Positions 1 to 10,181 of a stretch of DNA of 64,000 bases are shown piece after piece. The position numbers and the translations under genes are program-made. The stretch's first letter is position 1. Each line of letters begins with the position of its first letter. Origin of the DNA: Candidatus Babelota bacterium (lineage in GTDB: Bacteria > Babelota > Babeliae > Babelales > Chromulinivoraceae); NCBI GenBank assembly GCA_026389025.1, contig JAPLIQ010000022.1, positions 1,946 to 65,945 on the forward strand, read 5' to 3'. Under the pieces are notes generated by a model. That model saw nothing but the letters and a program-made list of their open reading frames with translations. It searched no databases and was not told the origin of the DNA.

Positions 1-95
1 ATGAATTTTTTTGCTATAAAAGGGGATAATTTTCTGATAGTATACCAAAATCTTTTACATTCGAATATCTACAAATTTACATACAAGGGGCGACT

Positions 96-1172
96 ATGGA
101 TTATCGATTCGACTTACATAAAACTAATTTTTTGATTGTTATATCGCTTTTCACGTTTGATTGTGTTTTACACAGTGCGGAAAACAATGGATTGCCGCTA
201 AGGCGCGAAAGGTCAGAGCAATCAGAGCCGGCAATAGGGCGCTTAAAAAGTTCGGAAACTGCTTTTGGATCTTGCTCTCCGGAGATATCTCCAGAACCTA
301 TGCGACCAGATAACGCTTCTGATACAGAAATGAGCGCTTACAGCATGGTTGGCAACAAAAGCTTTGTACCATCTTCTGACTTTCATGCCCGTGGACTTTA
401 TAATCAGCTTTTAAAGGACCAATCAAATGAAATCTTGTCAGATTTCTGTCGCATAGCTGGAATAAGAATAGATGATTTATCTCGAATGGTTTCTGATTTT
501 CAAAACCAATTTCCTGGAGCGCAAGATTATTCAAGCCGTACTACGTGCTCAATTAAAAAATTCTTTTCAGATCATGGTTATGGCCACCAAACGATTACCA
601 TTAAGCAAGGGGCTGGCTGGGGCGGTCAGGTGGCATTCACATCTTGTAAAGGTTTGACAATTTATCCAGCTTTTTCCGGGCTAGACTTAAATAGTCAGCA
701 AGCAGTGCTTCATAGAGAGCTGCAACACTTCATTTATAATGATAGTTTTTATAGACAAGCTATGTTTCAAATTGCAGAAGAATCTCGCAATCCTAAAGCT
801 CAAAGAAAGCTGCAAGCAATTTTAAGTCAATATGATAAGTTTATTAGGCGTCGTGCTGATCTTAAAGCAGGAATTTATGGTGGAGATGCAGTTGTTGATA
901 GTTTAGTTCATCAGTCGCGTCATGCATTAGAGCTTCCTCTAAATTGTCAGCCTCCTGTAGATTGTATGGATGAATTATTACGCATGATTGAGCAAGAAAA
1001 AAAAGTCCCTGTGATTGTAGCTTGGCAGAAAGAGTGTGCAAAAGCTTGCGCAGATCGTCGCGTAACATTCTCAAACATTAGGGTTGATTCATTTTCAGAA
1101 TCTGATGATGATCATTGGGCTGATGCTGAGGAATTTAATAATAGACTTCGATTCACAGGTGTTGATTTTTAA
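96..1172 (+). CDS. hypothetical protein with N-terminal hydrophobic anchor
   Basis: 358-aa ORF with hydrophobic N-terminus FLIVISLFTFDCVL. No domain motif recognised; HRELQH is HxExxH, not HEXXH. Confidence 0.45.
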   Translation: MDYRFDLHKTNFLIVISLFTFDCVLHSAENNGLPLRRERSEQSEPAIGRLKSSETAFGSCSPEISPEPMRPDNASDTEMSAYSMVGNKSFVPSSDFHARGLYNQLLKDQSNEILSDFCRIAGIRIDDLSRMVSDFQNQFPGAQDYSSRTTCSIKKFFSDHGYGHQTITIKQGAGWGGQVAFTSCKGLTIYPAFSGLDLNSQQAVLHRELQHFIYNDSFYRQAMFQIAEESRNPKAQRKLQAILSQYDKFIRRRADLKAGIYGGDAVVDSLVHQSRHALELPLNCQPPVDCMDELLRMIEQEKKVPVIVAWQKECAKACADRRVTFSNIRVDSFSESDDDHWADAEEFNNRLRFTGVDF

Positions 1173-1203
1173 AATAAAAAAGAGATAAAAAAAGGGAGAA
1201 AGT

Positions 1204-1866
1204 ATGAAGCGTTTAGTGTGCATGATCATTTCTTTAATGACGGTTGTGCCTGTGCACTCAGTTGTGTTTCAGGGGTTAGACGATTCAGCTGTTAAAATAA
1301 ATACATTTTCATGCCCTGCAGGCTCTACAGGCTCAACTGATTGCTCAAGTGCTGACGCAAACTCCATAGGACTTGTTTTATCCGATCAAAAGCCTTTGCA
1401 GTTTTTTAATAATCAATCGTATTGGTTAAGGCAGCAAGCTCAGGTAGAGCAACATGCTCAAACAGTTTTGAGACGTTCTGGCGCAGATTTGCAAACTTAT
1501 ATGCAAGGCGAGGGATGGGTAGCGATGGGCAGTTACTGCATCTTTATTTCCACTAACCGCATTTTAACAGACGTTGTGATGCCAGCCGTGAAAGCTTCGG
1601 CCGACCAAGTTAAAGTAGTTGTTCAGCTTTGGTACAATGGTGAAAATTTAATTCAGTTGTGGTCGCAAGATGCTGCAGTGATGCCAAAAACACAAGGTTT
1701 TAAAGTAGTAGTTTCATCTGCTCAGGATGCTCAAATTTCTACATTGCCAAAATTATCTGACGAAACAAACTTTTTAGATAAAATAGGTTTGCAAATAAAC
1801 AATCGAACCGTTCAATACGGCAAAGCAAAAAATTCACCGAGATCGGTAAAAATACAACCTGTTTAA
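1204..1866 (+). CDS. hypothetical secreted protein
   Basis: 220-aa ORF preceded by GGGAGAAAG, a Shine-Dalgarno (SD)-like sequence. Signal-peptide-like N-terminus MKRLVCMIISLMTVVPVHS. Confidence 0.5.
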   Translation: MKRLVCMIISLMTVVPVHSVVFQGLDDSAVKINTFSCPAGSTGSTDCSSADANSIGLVLSDQKPLQFFNNQSYWLRQQAQVEQHAQTVLRRSGADLQTYMQGEGWVAMGSYCIFISTNRILTDVVMPAVKASADQVKVVVQLWYNGENLIQLWSQDAAVMPKTQGFKVVVSSAQDAQISTLPKLSDETNFLDKIGLQINNRTVQYGKAKNSPRSVKIQPV

Positions 1867-1876
1867 ACGTAAATTT

Positions 1877-2854
1877 TTACAGTGGATTATTTTTAAAGCC
1901 GATCAGTTGGCATTCTGGTTGCGGTTTAATTCCAAATTGTTCAAATACTTTTTGCTGCATGATTTGAGCAACTTTAATAATATCAGTGCTCGTAGCGCCT
2001 GGTTTGGTTACCAGCATGTTTGCATGTTGATATGAAACGGTAGCGCCACCAACGGTAAGCTCACCTTTAACGCCGATTTTATCAAGATAGTACGCAACAT
2101 AAATAAGTTTTTTCTCAGTATTTTCTACTTCGTTTGGTAAAAAGTTTCTAAAAAAACTTCCGCAGGTATTTGTCTGAGGGTAGCGACGCTCTCTGTGTCG
2201 AATAATTTCTTGTCTGCGGCCTCGTGCGAGGGCTACTTCAAGATCAGTAGCCAGTTTTAATTGAAACGTGGCAGATACGAGATAATACTCTTTGTTTTGA
2301 AGATTAGATGCATCATATCCAAACTTAAACCACGTAGGATCTACGGTGATTATTTTGCCAGTTTCTTTGTGAATTATTTGTGCGTTGACGATAAATTGTT
2401 CAAGTAAGAATTCATAATAATGCAGGTTGATATAAACTGATCCGCCAACGGTTCCAGGAATGCCGCTAAATTCTTCTAGGCTGATTAAATTTTTATTAAG
2501 GCAGTATTCGATCAAATCATGAAAGGTTGTTCCTGCGCCAGCTTTAACGAGTGCTGTGTGACCGTCAACTTGTTGAGCTGACATATCGACAAGTCGAGGT
2601 CGAATGACTAAGCCATCAAATCCTTCATCGCTGATTAAAATATTAGCGCCTTGCCCCAACACAAAGATTTCGAGTTTGTTCTCACGTGCAAACCCGAGAG
2701 CCTGTGCAAACTGTTCAGGAGTAGTTGGTTCAAAGTAAAATTTTGCAAGCCCGCCAGTTTTAAACCAGTTTTTATCGGCAAGAGGTACGTTTTGCTCAAT
2801 TTGGATATGAGGGGTTATTGTTGGAATATGGCTTTGAGGTATTTGATTAACCAT
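1877..2854 (-). CDS. murB: UDP-N-acetylenolpyruvoylglucosamine reductase (MurB)
   Basis: FAD-binding MurB-like sequence (NWFKTGGLAKFYFEP, VLGQGANILISDEGFDGLVI, GSFFRN). The ORF track extends to 3040, but that would overlap trhO. The internal ATG at 2852-2854 (MVNQIPQ...) gives a normal ~325-aa MurB. Confidence 0.85.
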   Translation of the reverse strand: MVNQIPQSHIPTITPHIQIEQNVPLADKNWFKTGGLAKFYFEPTTPEQFAQALGFARENKLEIFVLGQGANILISDEGFDGLVIRPRLVDMSAQQVDGHTALVKAGAGTTFHDLIEYCLNKNLISLEEFSGIPGTVGGSVYINLHYYEFLLEQFIVNAQIIHKETGKIITVDPTWFKFGYDASNLQNKEYYLVSATFQLKLATDLEVALARGRRQEIIRHRERRYPQTNTCGSFFRNFLPNEVENTEKKLIYVAYYLDKIGVKGELTVGGATVSYQHANMLVTKPGATSTDIIKVAQIMQQKVFEQFGIKPQPECQLIGFKNNPL

Positions 2855-2906
2855 GGCAGCATCCTTGCTTAACTTTACTGGGTTTATATGCACTGGTCTA
2901 AATCTA

Positions 2907-3815
2907 CTAAATTTTTTGTAGAGGAATTCTTTCTGGCGCTTTTTTTTCATGAAGCATTGATTGGCAACGCGCGCTGCATGATTTTTGAAATGAATCAATG
3001 CATGAAGCACATGAAGTAAAATGTTTGTTGCATAAAGCATTCAAGCAGTTGAAATATTCATCGCTTGGAGTTTTGCAATGAAGGCAAGATCCTAAGATGT
3101 CACTGTTTGCCGCAACGGTAATGCGTTGGTCAAAAACGTAATTTTTACCTCTGAAAAATCCATCTGGGTACTGTTCTATGTAACGGTGTATCCCACCAGC
3201 GATTTGATACACTTTTTTAGCTACTTGTTTTTGATTAAGGTAACCAGTTGCGCGTTCGCATCTTACGCCGCCCGTGCAATGCATTAAAACTGTTTTATCT
3301 TTGAACTGATCAACGTTTTCATCAATGTAGCCAGGTAACTGTCTAAAATAACGAATGTCAGGGGTTATAGAACCTGCAAAAGTTCCAACAGCTGATTCAT
3401 AGTTGTTTCGAGTGTCTAAAATAACTAAGTCAGCAGGTGGATTTGTTAAAAGTTCGTGAACTTGCTCAGGAGTTAAATGCTCTCCGCCATCTTTAACGGT
3501 TAGCTGTGATGGATCGATGCCAAGATTTACAATTTCATTTTTTACAAAGATTTTCATTTTTGGAAATGCGTGTGAGCCACCTGGTGCTGTTTTGAAATCG
3601 ATACCTCCAAACAAAGGATGCTCAGTCATGGCTTGAACGTAAGCAGCTGTCGCTTCATCGGTTCCGCCAACGGTACCGTTGATTCCTTCATGAGCAATGA
3701 TAATGCGGCCTGTCAGCCCTAGTGTAGTACAAAGTTCTCTTTGCCATTTTTGGATAGCAATTGGATACTCTATGTCGACGTATTTGTAGTACAGAAGGAT
3801 TGTTCCCATTATCAT
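2907..3815 (-). CDS. trhO: rhodanese-domain tRNA uridine(34) hydroxylase (TrhO/YceA, UPF0176)
   Basis: Matches along the full length: YYKY...AHEGINGTVGG, DTRNNYE, HCTGGVRCE (rhodanese active-site loop), GKNYVFDQR, and a Cys-rich C-terminus. Confidence 0.85.
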   Translation of the reverse strand: MIMGTILLYYKYVDIEYPIAIQKWQRELCTTLGLTGRIIIAHEGINGTVGGTDEATAAYVQAMTEHPLFGGIDFKTAPGGSHAFPKMKIFVKNEIVNLGIDPSQLTVKDGGEHLTPEQVHELLTNPPADLVILDTRNNYESAVGTFAGSITPDIRYFRQLPGYIDENVDQFKDKTVLMHCTGGVRCERATGYLNQKQVAKKVYQIAGGIHRYIEQYPDGFFRGKNYVFDQRITVAANSDILGSCLHCKTPSDEYFNCLNALCNKHFTSCASCIDSFQKSCSARCQSMLHEKKAPERIPLQKI

Positions 3816-3892
3816 TAGTCCTGTTTGTTAAGCGTTATAACTTTATTTTACTTTATCACGAGATGCAGGCAGCTGTCTATAAGCTATAAAAT

Positions 3893-4660
3893 TTATGCCT
3901 GTAAGAGATTTGCTTGACGCAATGCCAGAGCATCAATTACTTTTTGCTGTCTGCTTGCTGGCAATGGATGCCAAGGATCTTGGTATAAAATAATTAAATT
4001 TTTTGTAAATTCTGAAAATTGTTGATCTTGAAGCATGCACTCTTCAATGCGAGCAGTCCAGTCGGCACCAGCTTGCAGAGAGCGGTCATCGCCATATTGG
4101 TTTGCAAAATCGTCAGCCTGCCGTTCTTGAATTTGAACATAGCTAGCAAGCGCTGTCAAAATAGCCACATTGCCAATCAGAGCTTGGATAGAAAGTTTTA
4201 CTTTATCAAAATTAGTTGATTTGTTTTTGAAAGATTGCTCAAGAATGTATCCATTGAGAGCTGCGAACGCTGCACAAGTTAGAGCAAGTGCTACGTAGCC
4301 TTTTTGATTGTGATTTTTTAAAACATGTGCCGCTTCATGCAAAAGAAGATATTCGTCTTGCTTGAACATGTTTTCTAGATCGTTTGAATTTTGAGTTGTG
4401 TAGGCTTTGTCGATTGCCTGCAGTCGGATTTCTGGCCAATAAATGGTGTTTGTCCTGGAAAGATACTCATCAGAAATACAAAATAAAACATTATCCAGCT
4501 GAGCAACTGGATACTTTTGAGTCATTTTTTCAAACCATATTTGAGCGCCTATGTAGTGATCTTTAACGAGTAGATCTTGCACAGGTTGGCCATTTAGGTT
4601 TAAAAAAGACGACAAAGCAAGGCAACTAATTGCCAAAGCTTTGAAGCGAAAAATGATCAT
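3893..4660 (-). CDS. secreted HEXXH zinc metallopeptidase (M48/M56-like)
   Basis: Signal peptide. HEAAH motif (LLLHEAAHVLKNH) followed by QERQADDFA, resembling the E-x-x-AD motif of M48/M56 peptidases. Confidence 0.5.
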   Translation of the reverse strand: MIIFRFKALAISCLALSSFLNLNGQPVQDLLVKDHYIGAQIWFEKMTQKYPVAQLDNVLFCISDEYLSRTNTIYWPEIRLQAIDKAYTTQNSNDLENMFKQDEYLLLHEAAHVLKNHNQKGYVALALTCAAFAALNGYILEQSFKNKSTNFDKVKLSIQALIGNVAILTALASYVQIQERQADDFANQYGDDRSLQAGADWTARIEECMLQDQQFSEFTKNLIILYQDPWHPLPASRQQKVIDALALRQANLLQA

Positions 4661-4666
4661 TGAAGT

Positions 4667-4828
4667 TTATTTTTCTTCTTTGTACATGACGTGTCGTCTT
4701 ACAACAGGGTCATATTTTTTGATTTCAAGACGTCCAGTTGTATTAACTTTGTTTTTGAAAGTTGAATAGAAATGTGGACTTGCTGAGCTTTTGATCTTGA
4801 TGATTTGGCGATTGCCTTTTTTTGCCAT
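4667..4828 (-). CDS. rpmG: 50S ribosomal protein L33
   Basis: Hand translation of the minus strand gives [53 protein letters not shown] (53 aa), a typical L33. It falls below the size cut-off of the ORF track. Confidence 0.85.
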   Translation of the reverse strand: MAKKGNRQIIKIKSSASPHFYSTFKNKVNTTGRLEIKKYDPVVRRHVMYKEEK

Positions 4829-4931
4829 GATTTAAAATCCTTTGTAAAATAAGATCTGTTTTTCTTTTATTATAAGGACAATCTTGCAATTAGTCTAGAC
4901 TGTTTTGATGGCCATCATTCTTTTAAAGTAA

Positions 4932-4966
4932 AAAAGGGCTGGAAAGAAATCCAACCCTTTGATTTT
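4932..4966 (-). terminator. rho-independent terminator after the 4988-5506 gene
   Basis: On the minus strand, GGGTTGG-loop-CCAGCCC (one G-U pair) is followed by TTTTTTAC. Confidence 0.5.
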
Positions 4967-4987
4967 TAGGTGTCATATTTTAAAGTT

Positions 4988-5506
4988 TTATTGCCGCAAG
5001 TTGCGACGTGCAGCCCATAAGACTACGAGCAAGGCTAGAAGCTTAAATAATGCCACCATAATGAGTATGTTTGTTCTGGCAAGAAGAAGAGAATTGTCAA
5101 AGTTGCCAACCAGATTCAACCATAATCCGCTTAGCATTAAAGACGCTGCAATGATAGGCAGTGTAAAAGTTGCACTTATGTAGAATAAAATTATTGAAAG
5201 AGAGCTAAAAAAAATTAATGCAATAAGTTGATTTGTTTGCAGGCTTTTATGGTGCGCAATAAAAGTCTCTGTTTTTTCCCATAGATCTTCCTGCTGTTTG
5301 CCAATCTCATAGCCTTTTTCTGTATCATCATAGTGTTTATAATTGCCAAAAAAAGAGGCGCGTGCTTTAAGGTAGCTTTCATTATCAATTTTAGGAGATA
5401 TTATTTTGAGCCCAAGGCTTGCTGTGGTAGGTATTAAAATAAATAGGGCTAATCCTATTGTGGCTTGCTTCCAGGAATTCTGTATGTTTTTCATTTTACA
5501 GCACAC
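4988..5506 (-). CDS. hypothetical multi-pass membrane protein
   Basis: 172-aa ORF with several hydrophobic helices. Overlaps the upstream ORF by 11 nt, so likely an operon. An alternative start is at 5494. Confidence 0.5.
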   Translation of the reverse strand: MCCKMKNIQNSWKQATIGLALFILIPTTASLGLKIISPKIDNESYLKARASFFGNYKHYDDTEKGYEIGKQQEDLWEKTETFIAHHKSLQTNQLIALIFFSSLSIILFYISATFTLPIIAASLMLSGLWLNLVGNFDNSLLLARTNILIMVALFKLLALLVVLWAARRNLRQ

Positions 5507-5942
5507 TTTCTTCGGTTTGTAGCTTGTACAATGCGTATCCAGTCATCAGAAGCATTGCAAGCGCTAATACAAATTTTAAATACAAGGTTGAATAAAATAA
5601 ATATTTATAGCTTGCCCGCAGGGAGCAGGTAATTCCACTAATTACTAGTCCAGCGCTGAGTCCACTTTGAGTTTTAAACAATCCGAGAAATAGAAGCGTT
5701 GCACCTATCGCTCCTAAAAAAATAAATAAGGTTATATCTTTAATCTGCGCGAGATCAACAGTGCTTGTAACTAAGCTGTTTATGAGCCATGTTATTGTAA
5801 TTGCGTACGTTACATGGAGTGCTTTTTCAGGTAGTCTCATTAAAATCCTTTGATTGATGTATTTATCTAAGAGTAGACTAATTTTTTTGATATTAGAGTC
5901 AAGATTGTTTTTTTTGAGTTTTGGCAACGCTCTTGTTTTCAT
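5496..5942 (-). CDS. hypothetical membrane protein
   Basis: 148-aa ORF with about 4 hydrophobic segments. Confidence 0.5.
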   Translation of the reverse strand: MKTRALPKLKKNNLDSNIKKISLLLDKYINQRILMRLPEKALHVTYAITITWLINSLVTSTVDLAQIKDITLFIFLGAIGATLLFLGLFKTQSGLSAGLVISGITCSLRASYKYLFYSTLYLKFVLALAMLLMTGYALYKLQTEESVL

Positions 5943-6010
5943 GGTTGTGAGAAATTTGTTTTGTTTTATACTGTTTTTATTGTTCTTTCCTCCTATAAAA
6001 AAGGCTTTTC

Positions 6011-8335
6011 ATGAAAATATTACTTTCGTGGCTTTTAGATTATCTTGATTGCTCTTTTTCTGACATTAACGTTGATACTTTAGTGCATTTGTTTAACACG
6101 CGAACTGCTGAAATTGAGTCATTTGAGCGCGTGCAGTGTGATCCATCATCAATGTTTTTGTGCAAAGTCATTTCTGTAGATTCAAATAAAGTTTCTGCGC
6201 ACTGCCAAGAGTTAAATAGCTCTTTTGATCTTCCTGTAAGACAAGACGTAGTGATCGGTAAAATATATTTGATTTCTAAAGATGGTGCCAATTGGCGCTG
6301 GGTAAACCTGTCTGAATTTCACAGTGAAAAAGATGGCTACTTTCCGGCTGTTTGCGTATCTGATAAAGAGTTCGTTGACGGCTCTTGGAGAGAAAAAATT
6401 GCTTCAGTCGATTACATCTTAGATGTTGATAATAAATCAATTAATCATCGCCCTGATTTATGGGGCCATTACGGTATAGCTCGTGAAGTAGCAGCTTTTT
6501 CAAACTTAAAACTTAAACCCTTACATGCTGTTTTAGTCAAGCAGCCAGTTGTTGCTTCAAGTAAATCCTCATCTTTGCAACTGTCTATTCAAGACCAAGA
6601 GGGATGCATGCGATTTGCAGCGCTTGAGTGCAGAGACGCGCAAAGCAAAGACTCTCAGGTATGGATGGCGATAAGACTGCTGCGCGTTGAGGCAAAACCA
6701 ATAAATGGCATTGTTGATATCACAAACTATGTGATGTTTGATATTGGGCACCCAATGCATGCCTTTGATGCCTCTACCTTTGAAGCAAAAGAAATGATCA
6801 TTCGAAAAGCAAGATCTGCAGAGACTTTGCAGCTGCTTGATGGTCAAAACTTAAAACTAACAACGCAAGATACAATTGTAGCAAATACTCATGGTCCCGT
6901 TGCTCTAGCGGGAATTATGGGTGGCAAAGATTCTGGCTTTACGCAGAGCACCAAAAATATAATTCTTGAAGCTGCTGGATTTGACCCTGCAGTGATTCGT
7001 AAAACTGCACAACATTTTAAATTAAGAACTGAAGCTTCAATTCGCTTTGAAAAACATCTTGATCCTATGCAAAACATTACCGCAATTCAGCGATTTTTAT
7101 ACCTTGCTCAGCAAGAAGGGATTGTATCTGAAGGCCAAGATTCAATCGTGTCAGAGGGTAAAACATTTGAGCCTATCGTGTGCGAAATAACACATGAGTT
7201 TATTGAAAAGCGCATTGGTATACCTTTTACAGCTGAGTTTGTCCAAACAACGTTGAAAGCTTTAGGCTTTGAAGTTGCATTTGATAAGACATCAGGCGTG
7301 TACCACGTAACGGTTCCAACAAGCCGAACAACGAAAGATATTGGTATTGCCGAAGATATTTTAGAAGAAATTATTCGATCGTATGGTTTTGAAAACGTTG
7401 CGCAACAGTTGCCACTAAGGTCAATGGCGCCATTTAGTTTGCAGGTAGTAAACAATGTGGCTCGGGTTAAGAATCATCTAGCTTTTGCTATGAAAATGCA
7501 CGAAGTTAGGGATTATTTGCTCTACGATGCGTCATTTACCGATCGATTGAATTTAAACCTTGATAGCGCAGTTAAAGTGAGAAATCCTTTATCGCAAAAC
7601 TGGACTACGCTCGTCACTTCACTCATTCCTCATTTGCTCAAAGGCGTTGAGCTCAATGCTGCTCGCATGGATCATGTTCGGTTGTTTGAATGCAATCGCA
7701 TATGGTCGAAAAAAGATTGGTCAAAAGAGGATATATCTATTTTTGAACTCAAATCAGTAGCTGGAATTATTTTTGATAAAAAAGATGTTGATTTCTATGC
7801 AAGCAAAAATGAGCTGCAAAGTTTATTTGATTTATTTGGTCTTGAAATAGTCTGGCACAAGCCACTAGGACAAATTCCTGCGTGGTACGATGGACACAAA
7901 GTTGCACAATTATTTTTTGGTGACCAATCTGTGGGATGGGCCGGAATGATGTCAAATCAGTTTATGCATCCAATCGTTTCGGGATCAGCTTTTATCTTTG
8001 AACTTGATGAGCAGTTTTTGCAATCACAACAACCGCAAAAGAAACTATTTGCGCCTTGGTCAAAGTACCAAGACGTAACGTACGACATGAGTCTTTTGAT
8101 TCCATTGCAAGTTACGGTTCATGAACTTAAAAAAGACATAGCCCTGGCTCATGATTTGATCTGCTTTGTCGAGTTGGTCGATTTCTTTGAGAAAGAAGAA
8201 TGGGCGGGTCATCGCTCAGTAACGTTCCGGTATACGATAAGTAACGCTGAAAAAACTATGACTAAACAAGAGTTGCAAGAAGTTACAGAGTCTGTGCAGA
8301 AAGTTGTAAAAAAACATGATGCTCAAATCCGTTAA
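6011..8335 (+). CDS. pheT: phenylalanine--tRNA ligase beta subunit
   Basis: 774 aa. Typical N-terminus MKILLSWLLDYL, B3/4 and B5 region (DITNYVMFDIGHPMHAFD, LAGIMGG), and FDX-ACB-like C-terminus. Confidence 0.9.
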   Translation: MKILLSWLLDYLDCSFSDINVDTLVHLFNTRTAEIESFERVQCDPSSMFLCKVISVDSNKVSAHCQELNSSFDLPVRQDVVIGKIYLISKDGANWRWVNLSEFHSEKDGYFPAVCVSDKEFVDGSWREKIASVDYILDVDNKSINHRPDLWGHYGIAREVAAFSNLKLKPLHAVLVKQPVVASSKSSSLQLSIQDQEGCMRFAALECRDAQSKDSQVWMAIRLLRVEAKPINGIVDITNYVMFDIGHPMHAFDASTFEAKEMIIRKARSAETLQLLDGQNLKLTTQDTIVANTHGPVALAGIMGGKDSGFTQSTKNIILEAAGFDPAVIRKTAQHFKLRTEASIRFEKHLDPMQNITAIQRFLYLAQQEGIVSEGQDSIVSEGKTFEPIVCEITHEFIEKRIGIPFTAEFVQTTLKALGFEVAFDKTSGVYHVTVPTSRTTKDIGIAEDILEEIIRSYGFENVAQQLPLRSMAPFSLQVVNNVARVKNHLAFAMKMHEVRDYLLYDASFTDRLNLNLDSAVKVRNPLSQNWTTLVTSLIPHLLKGVELNAARMDHVRLFECNRIWSKKDWSKEDISIFELKSVAGIIFDKKDVDFYASKNELQSLFDLFGLEIVWHKPLGQIPAWYDGHKVAQLFFGDQSVGWAGMMSNQFMHPIVSGSAFIFELDEQFLQSQQPQKKLFAPWSKYQDVTYDMSLLIPLQVTVHELKKDIALAHDLICFVELVDFFEKEEWAGHRSVTFRYTISNAEKTMTKQELQEVTESVQKVVKKHDAQIR

Positions 8336-8798
8336 AAAAGCTCACGCAATATTATTTTTACTATGTTTTGCCCTACCTTTATTTCTTGATCGAATTACAA
8401 AATACTTGATCGTCAATGAAATCTGGGAAACACAAACTATCACATCTTTTTTCAATCTGTATTTCACCTACAATCGTGGGATTGCCTGGGGCATAGGCAG
8501 TGGGCTTGACCAGCAGTACGCTATGCTGACCACGTTTGTGGTTGCAGCTGTCTTGTTTTATTTTGCATGGTACATGCGGTTGGTTGCAGACAATCATAAA
8601 ATGCTTGGCTCTTGTCTGCTGATTTTATCAGGCGGCTTGTCAAATTTTTTTGATCGCCTATGGTTTGGCGGCGTTGTTGATTTTATACAGCTTCACTATG
8701 CAGGTTGGTATTTTCCGGTATTTAACATTGCGGATGTCAGCATTACCGTTGGCGCAATGTTTTTAAGTTATTTTTTTTTAAGTGATGATAAATCGTGA
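8316..8798 (+). CDS. lspA: lipoprotein signal peptidase II
   Basis: 160 aa, 4 TM segments. Motifs NRGIAWG and FNIADVSITVG. Confidence 0.85.
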   Translation: MMLKSVKKAHAILFLLCFALPLFLDRITKYLIVNEIWETQTITSFFNLYFTYNRGIAWGIGSGLDQQYAMLTTFVVAAVLFYFAWYMRLVADNHKMLGSCLLILSGGLSNFFDRLWFGGVVDFIQLHYAGWYFPVFNIADVSITVGAMFLSYFFLSDDKS

Positions 8799-9508
8799 AA
8801 ATCGATTTCTCCTCGTCCTCGCGCTCGACACGGGGACCGGTTTTATTAATTCTTCGCTGGATAAAAACGCTTTATGATCTGATCGCGTATGTGCTCTGTC
8901 CGCCACTCTGTTATTCTTGCAGAGGGCATTGTCCTTTTCGCGTTATTTTGTGTCAGCAGTGCGAAGAGTCGCTTGAGCTTATTGTTCCTAAAATGTTTCA
9001 ACTTAATAATTCGTATATTTTAACGGTGTACGCAGTCTCTCGGTACACTGAGCCACTACGGCCGATGCTTTTTGCAAAATATAGATCCGATCCTGCAGTC
9101 ATTGAAAAGCTAGCTGAATTAATTTGGAAAAAATCGGTGGTGTCATTGGTGCACGTTGATTGTTTTATACCTATTCCACTTCATTGGACGCGCCAGGTAA
9201 AGCGTGGATTTAATCAGTCGCAGTTGATAGCACAAAGTCTTTCCAATTATTCAAAAATTCCTGTGGTTGACGCTCTGCAGCGTGTAAAAAAAACTGAGTA
9301 TCAAGTAAAGGTTGAACAAGTTGATAGACGATGCAATGTGAAAGGGGCATTTGAACTTGCACAATTTGATTTTGATATTGCAGGCAAGCACATCATGCTT
9401 GTGGATGATTCCTGCACAACTGGTTCAACGGCAATTGAAGCTGCGAAAGTTTTTATCAAATTAAAACCTGCATCAATCAATATGGTCGTTGCCTGTCGAG
9501 CGCTGTAA
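8795..9508 (+). CDS. comF: ComF-family phosphoribosyltransferase
   Basis: N-terminal CxxC...CxxC zinc-finger-like pairs and a C-terminal PRPP motif IMLVDDSCTTGST. Confidence 0.75.
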   Translation: MKIDFSSSSRSTRGPVLLILRWIKTLYDLIAYVLCPPLCYSCRGHCPFRVILCQQCEESLELIVPKMFQLNNSYILTVYAVSRYTEPLRPMLFAKYRSDPAVIEKLAELIWKKSVVSLVHVDCFIPIPLHWTRQVKRGFNQSQLIAQSLSNYSKIPVVDALQRVKKTEYQVKVEQVDRRCNVKGAFELAQFDFDIAGKHIMLVDDSCTTGSTAIEAAKVFIKLKPASINMVVACRAL

Positions 9509-9596
9509 GCTTAACTGTTTCACATTGAAATTAAAGAGCGATCGTGTACTCTTATTACAGATTTCAAAACAAATAATTTTCAACAATAGGAAACAA

Positions 9597-10088
9597 ATGA
9601 AAAAACTATTTTTGTCCTTAATGCTTCTTGCAGGCGTTTATCAAACCACAAATTGTTCATCTGAATCGTCAATAAATTTACGAGCTGTTTCTGTTGGTGT
9701 AATTAGTGGCGCTGCCATTCAACTTGCTTTAGAATCCATGGATTCATCTCCTCAGGCTAGAGAGTCTGCAATGATGGCAGTTGGATTGGCAGGCGGAGCG
9801 ATAGTTGCATCATCGGAAGAGCTACCTTCTGGTTATGCATTAGCGCTTGCTGTTGCAACAGGGCTATACTTATATACCTCAACACAATGTAAAAAAGCAA
9901 AAGAAGCAGAGTTCCTTCAGGAGTCAAGAAATTACTATGTGTCTTCTTACAATATTGCTCGAAATGAATTGACAAGACTACAAGCTGAGAAAGAAGAATT
10001 GACACGTTCCTTGTTTGCTGCAAGGGCTGAGGCATCATCAGCTCAAGTATCAAGACCAACGAGATCTTTTAACGAAGAGGTAGACTAA
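9597..10088 (+). CDS. cassette A: small secreted protein with Gly/Ala-rich hydrophobic segments and a coiled-coil tail
   Basis: Start moved to the ATG at 9597 (AGGAAACAA ATG). Signal peptide MKKLFLSLMLLAGVYQTTNC is shared with cassettes B and C. The ORF-track extension upstream is leader sequence. Confidence 0.6.
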   Translation: MKKLFLSLMLLAGVYQTTNCSSESSINLRAVSVGVISGAAIQLALESMDSSPQARESAMMAVGLAGGAIVASSEELPSGYALALAVATGLYLYTSTQCKKAKEAEFLQESRNYYVSSYNIARNELTRLQAEKEELTRSLFAARAEASSAQVSRPTRSFNEEVD

Positions 10089-10113
10089 AAAAATTTAACT
10101 AAGAATTTAATTA

Positions 10114-10145
10114 GAAAAAGCGCCATGAAAGTGGCGCTATTTTAT
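10114..10145. terminator. bidirectional hairpin terminator, copy 1 of 3
   Basis: AAAAAGCGCCA-TGAAAG-TGGCGCT followed by a T-rich run. Identical hairpins lie at 10833 and 11700. Confidence 0.6.
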
Positions 10146-10181
10146 TTGTAAAATTTAAAGAAAATAAGTTTAATTTTTGAA

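Noticed and set aside
96-1172. HRELQH as a zinc-protease HEXXH motif
   Set aside because: The spacing is H-x-E-x-x-H, not H-E-x-x-H, and there is no supporting third ligand motif.
1877-3040. 387-aa version of murB from the ORF track
   Set aside because: The first 62 codons overlap the 3' end of trhO and have no MurB-like sequence. The internal ATG at 2854 gives a normal-length MurB starting just downstream of the trhO stop.
6011-8335. pheT lacking an adjacent pheS as an anomaly
   Set aside because: Separation of pheS and pheT occurs in various rearranged or reduced genomes. Nothing in the sequence suggests a functional consequence.
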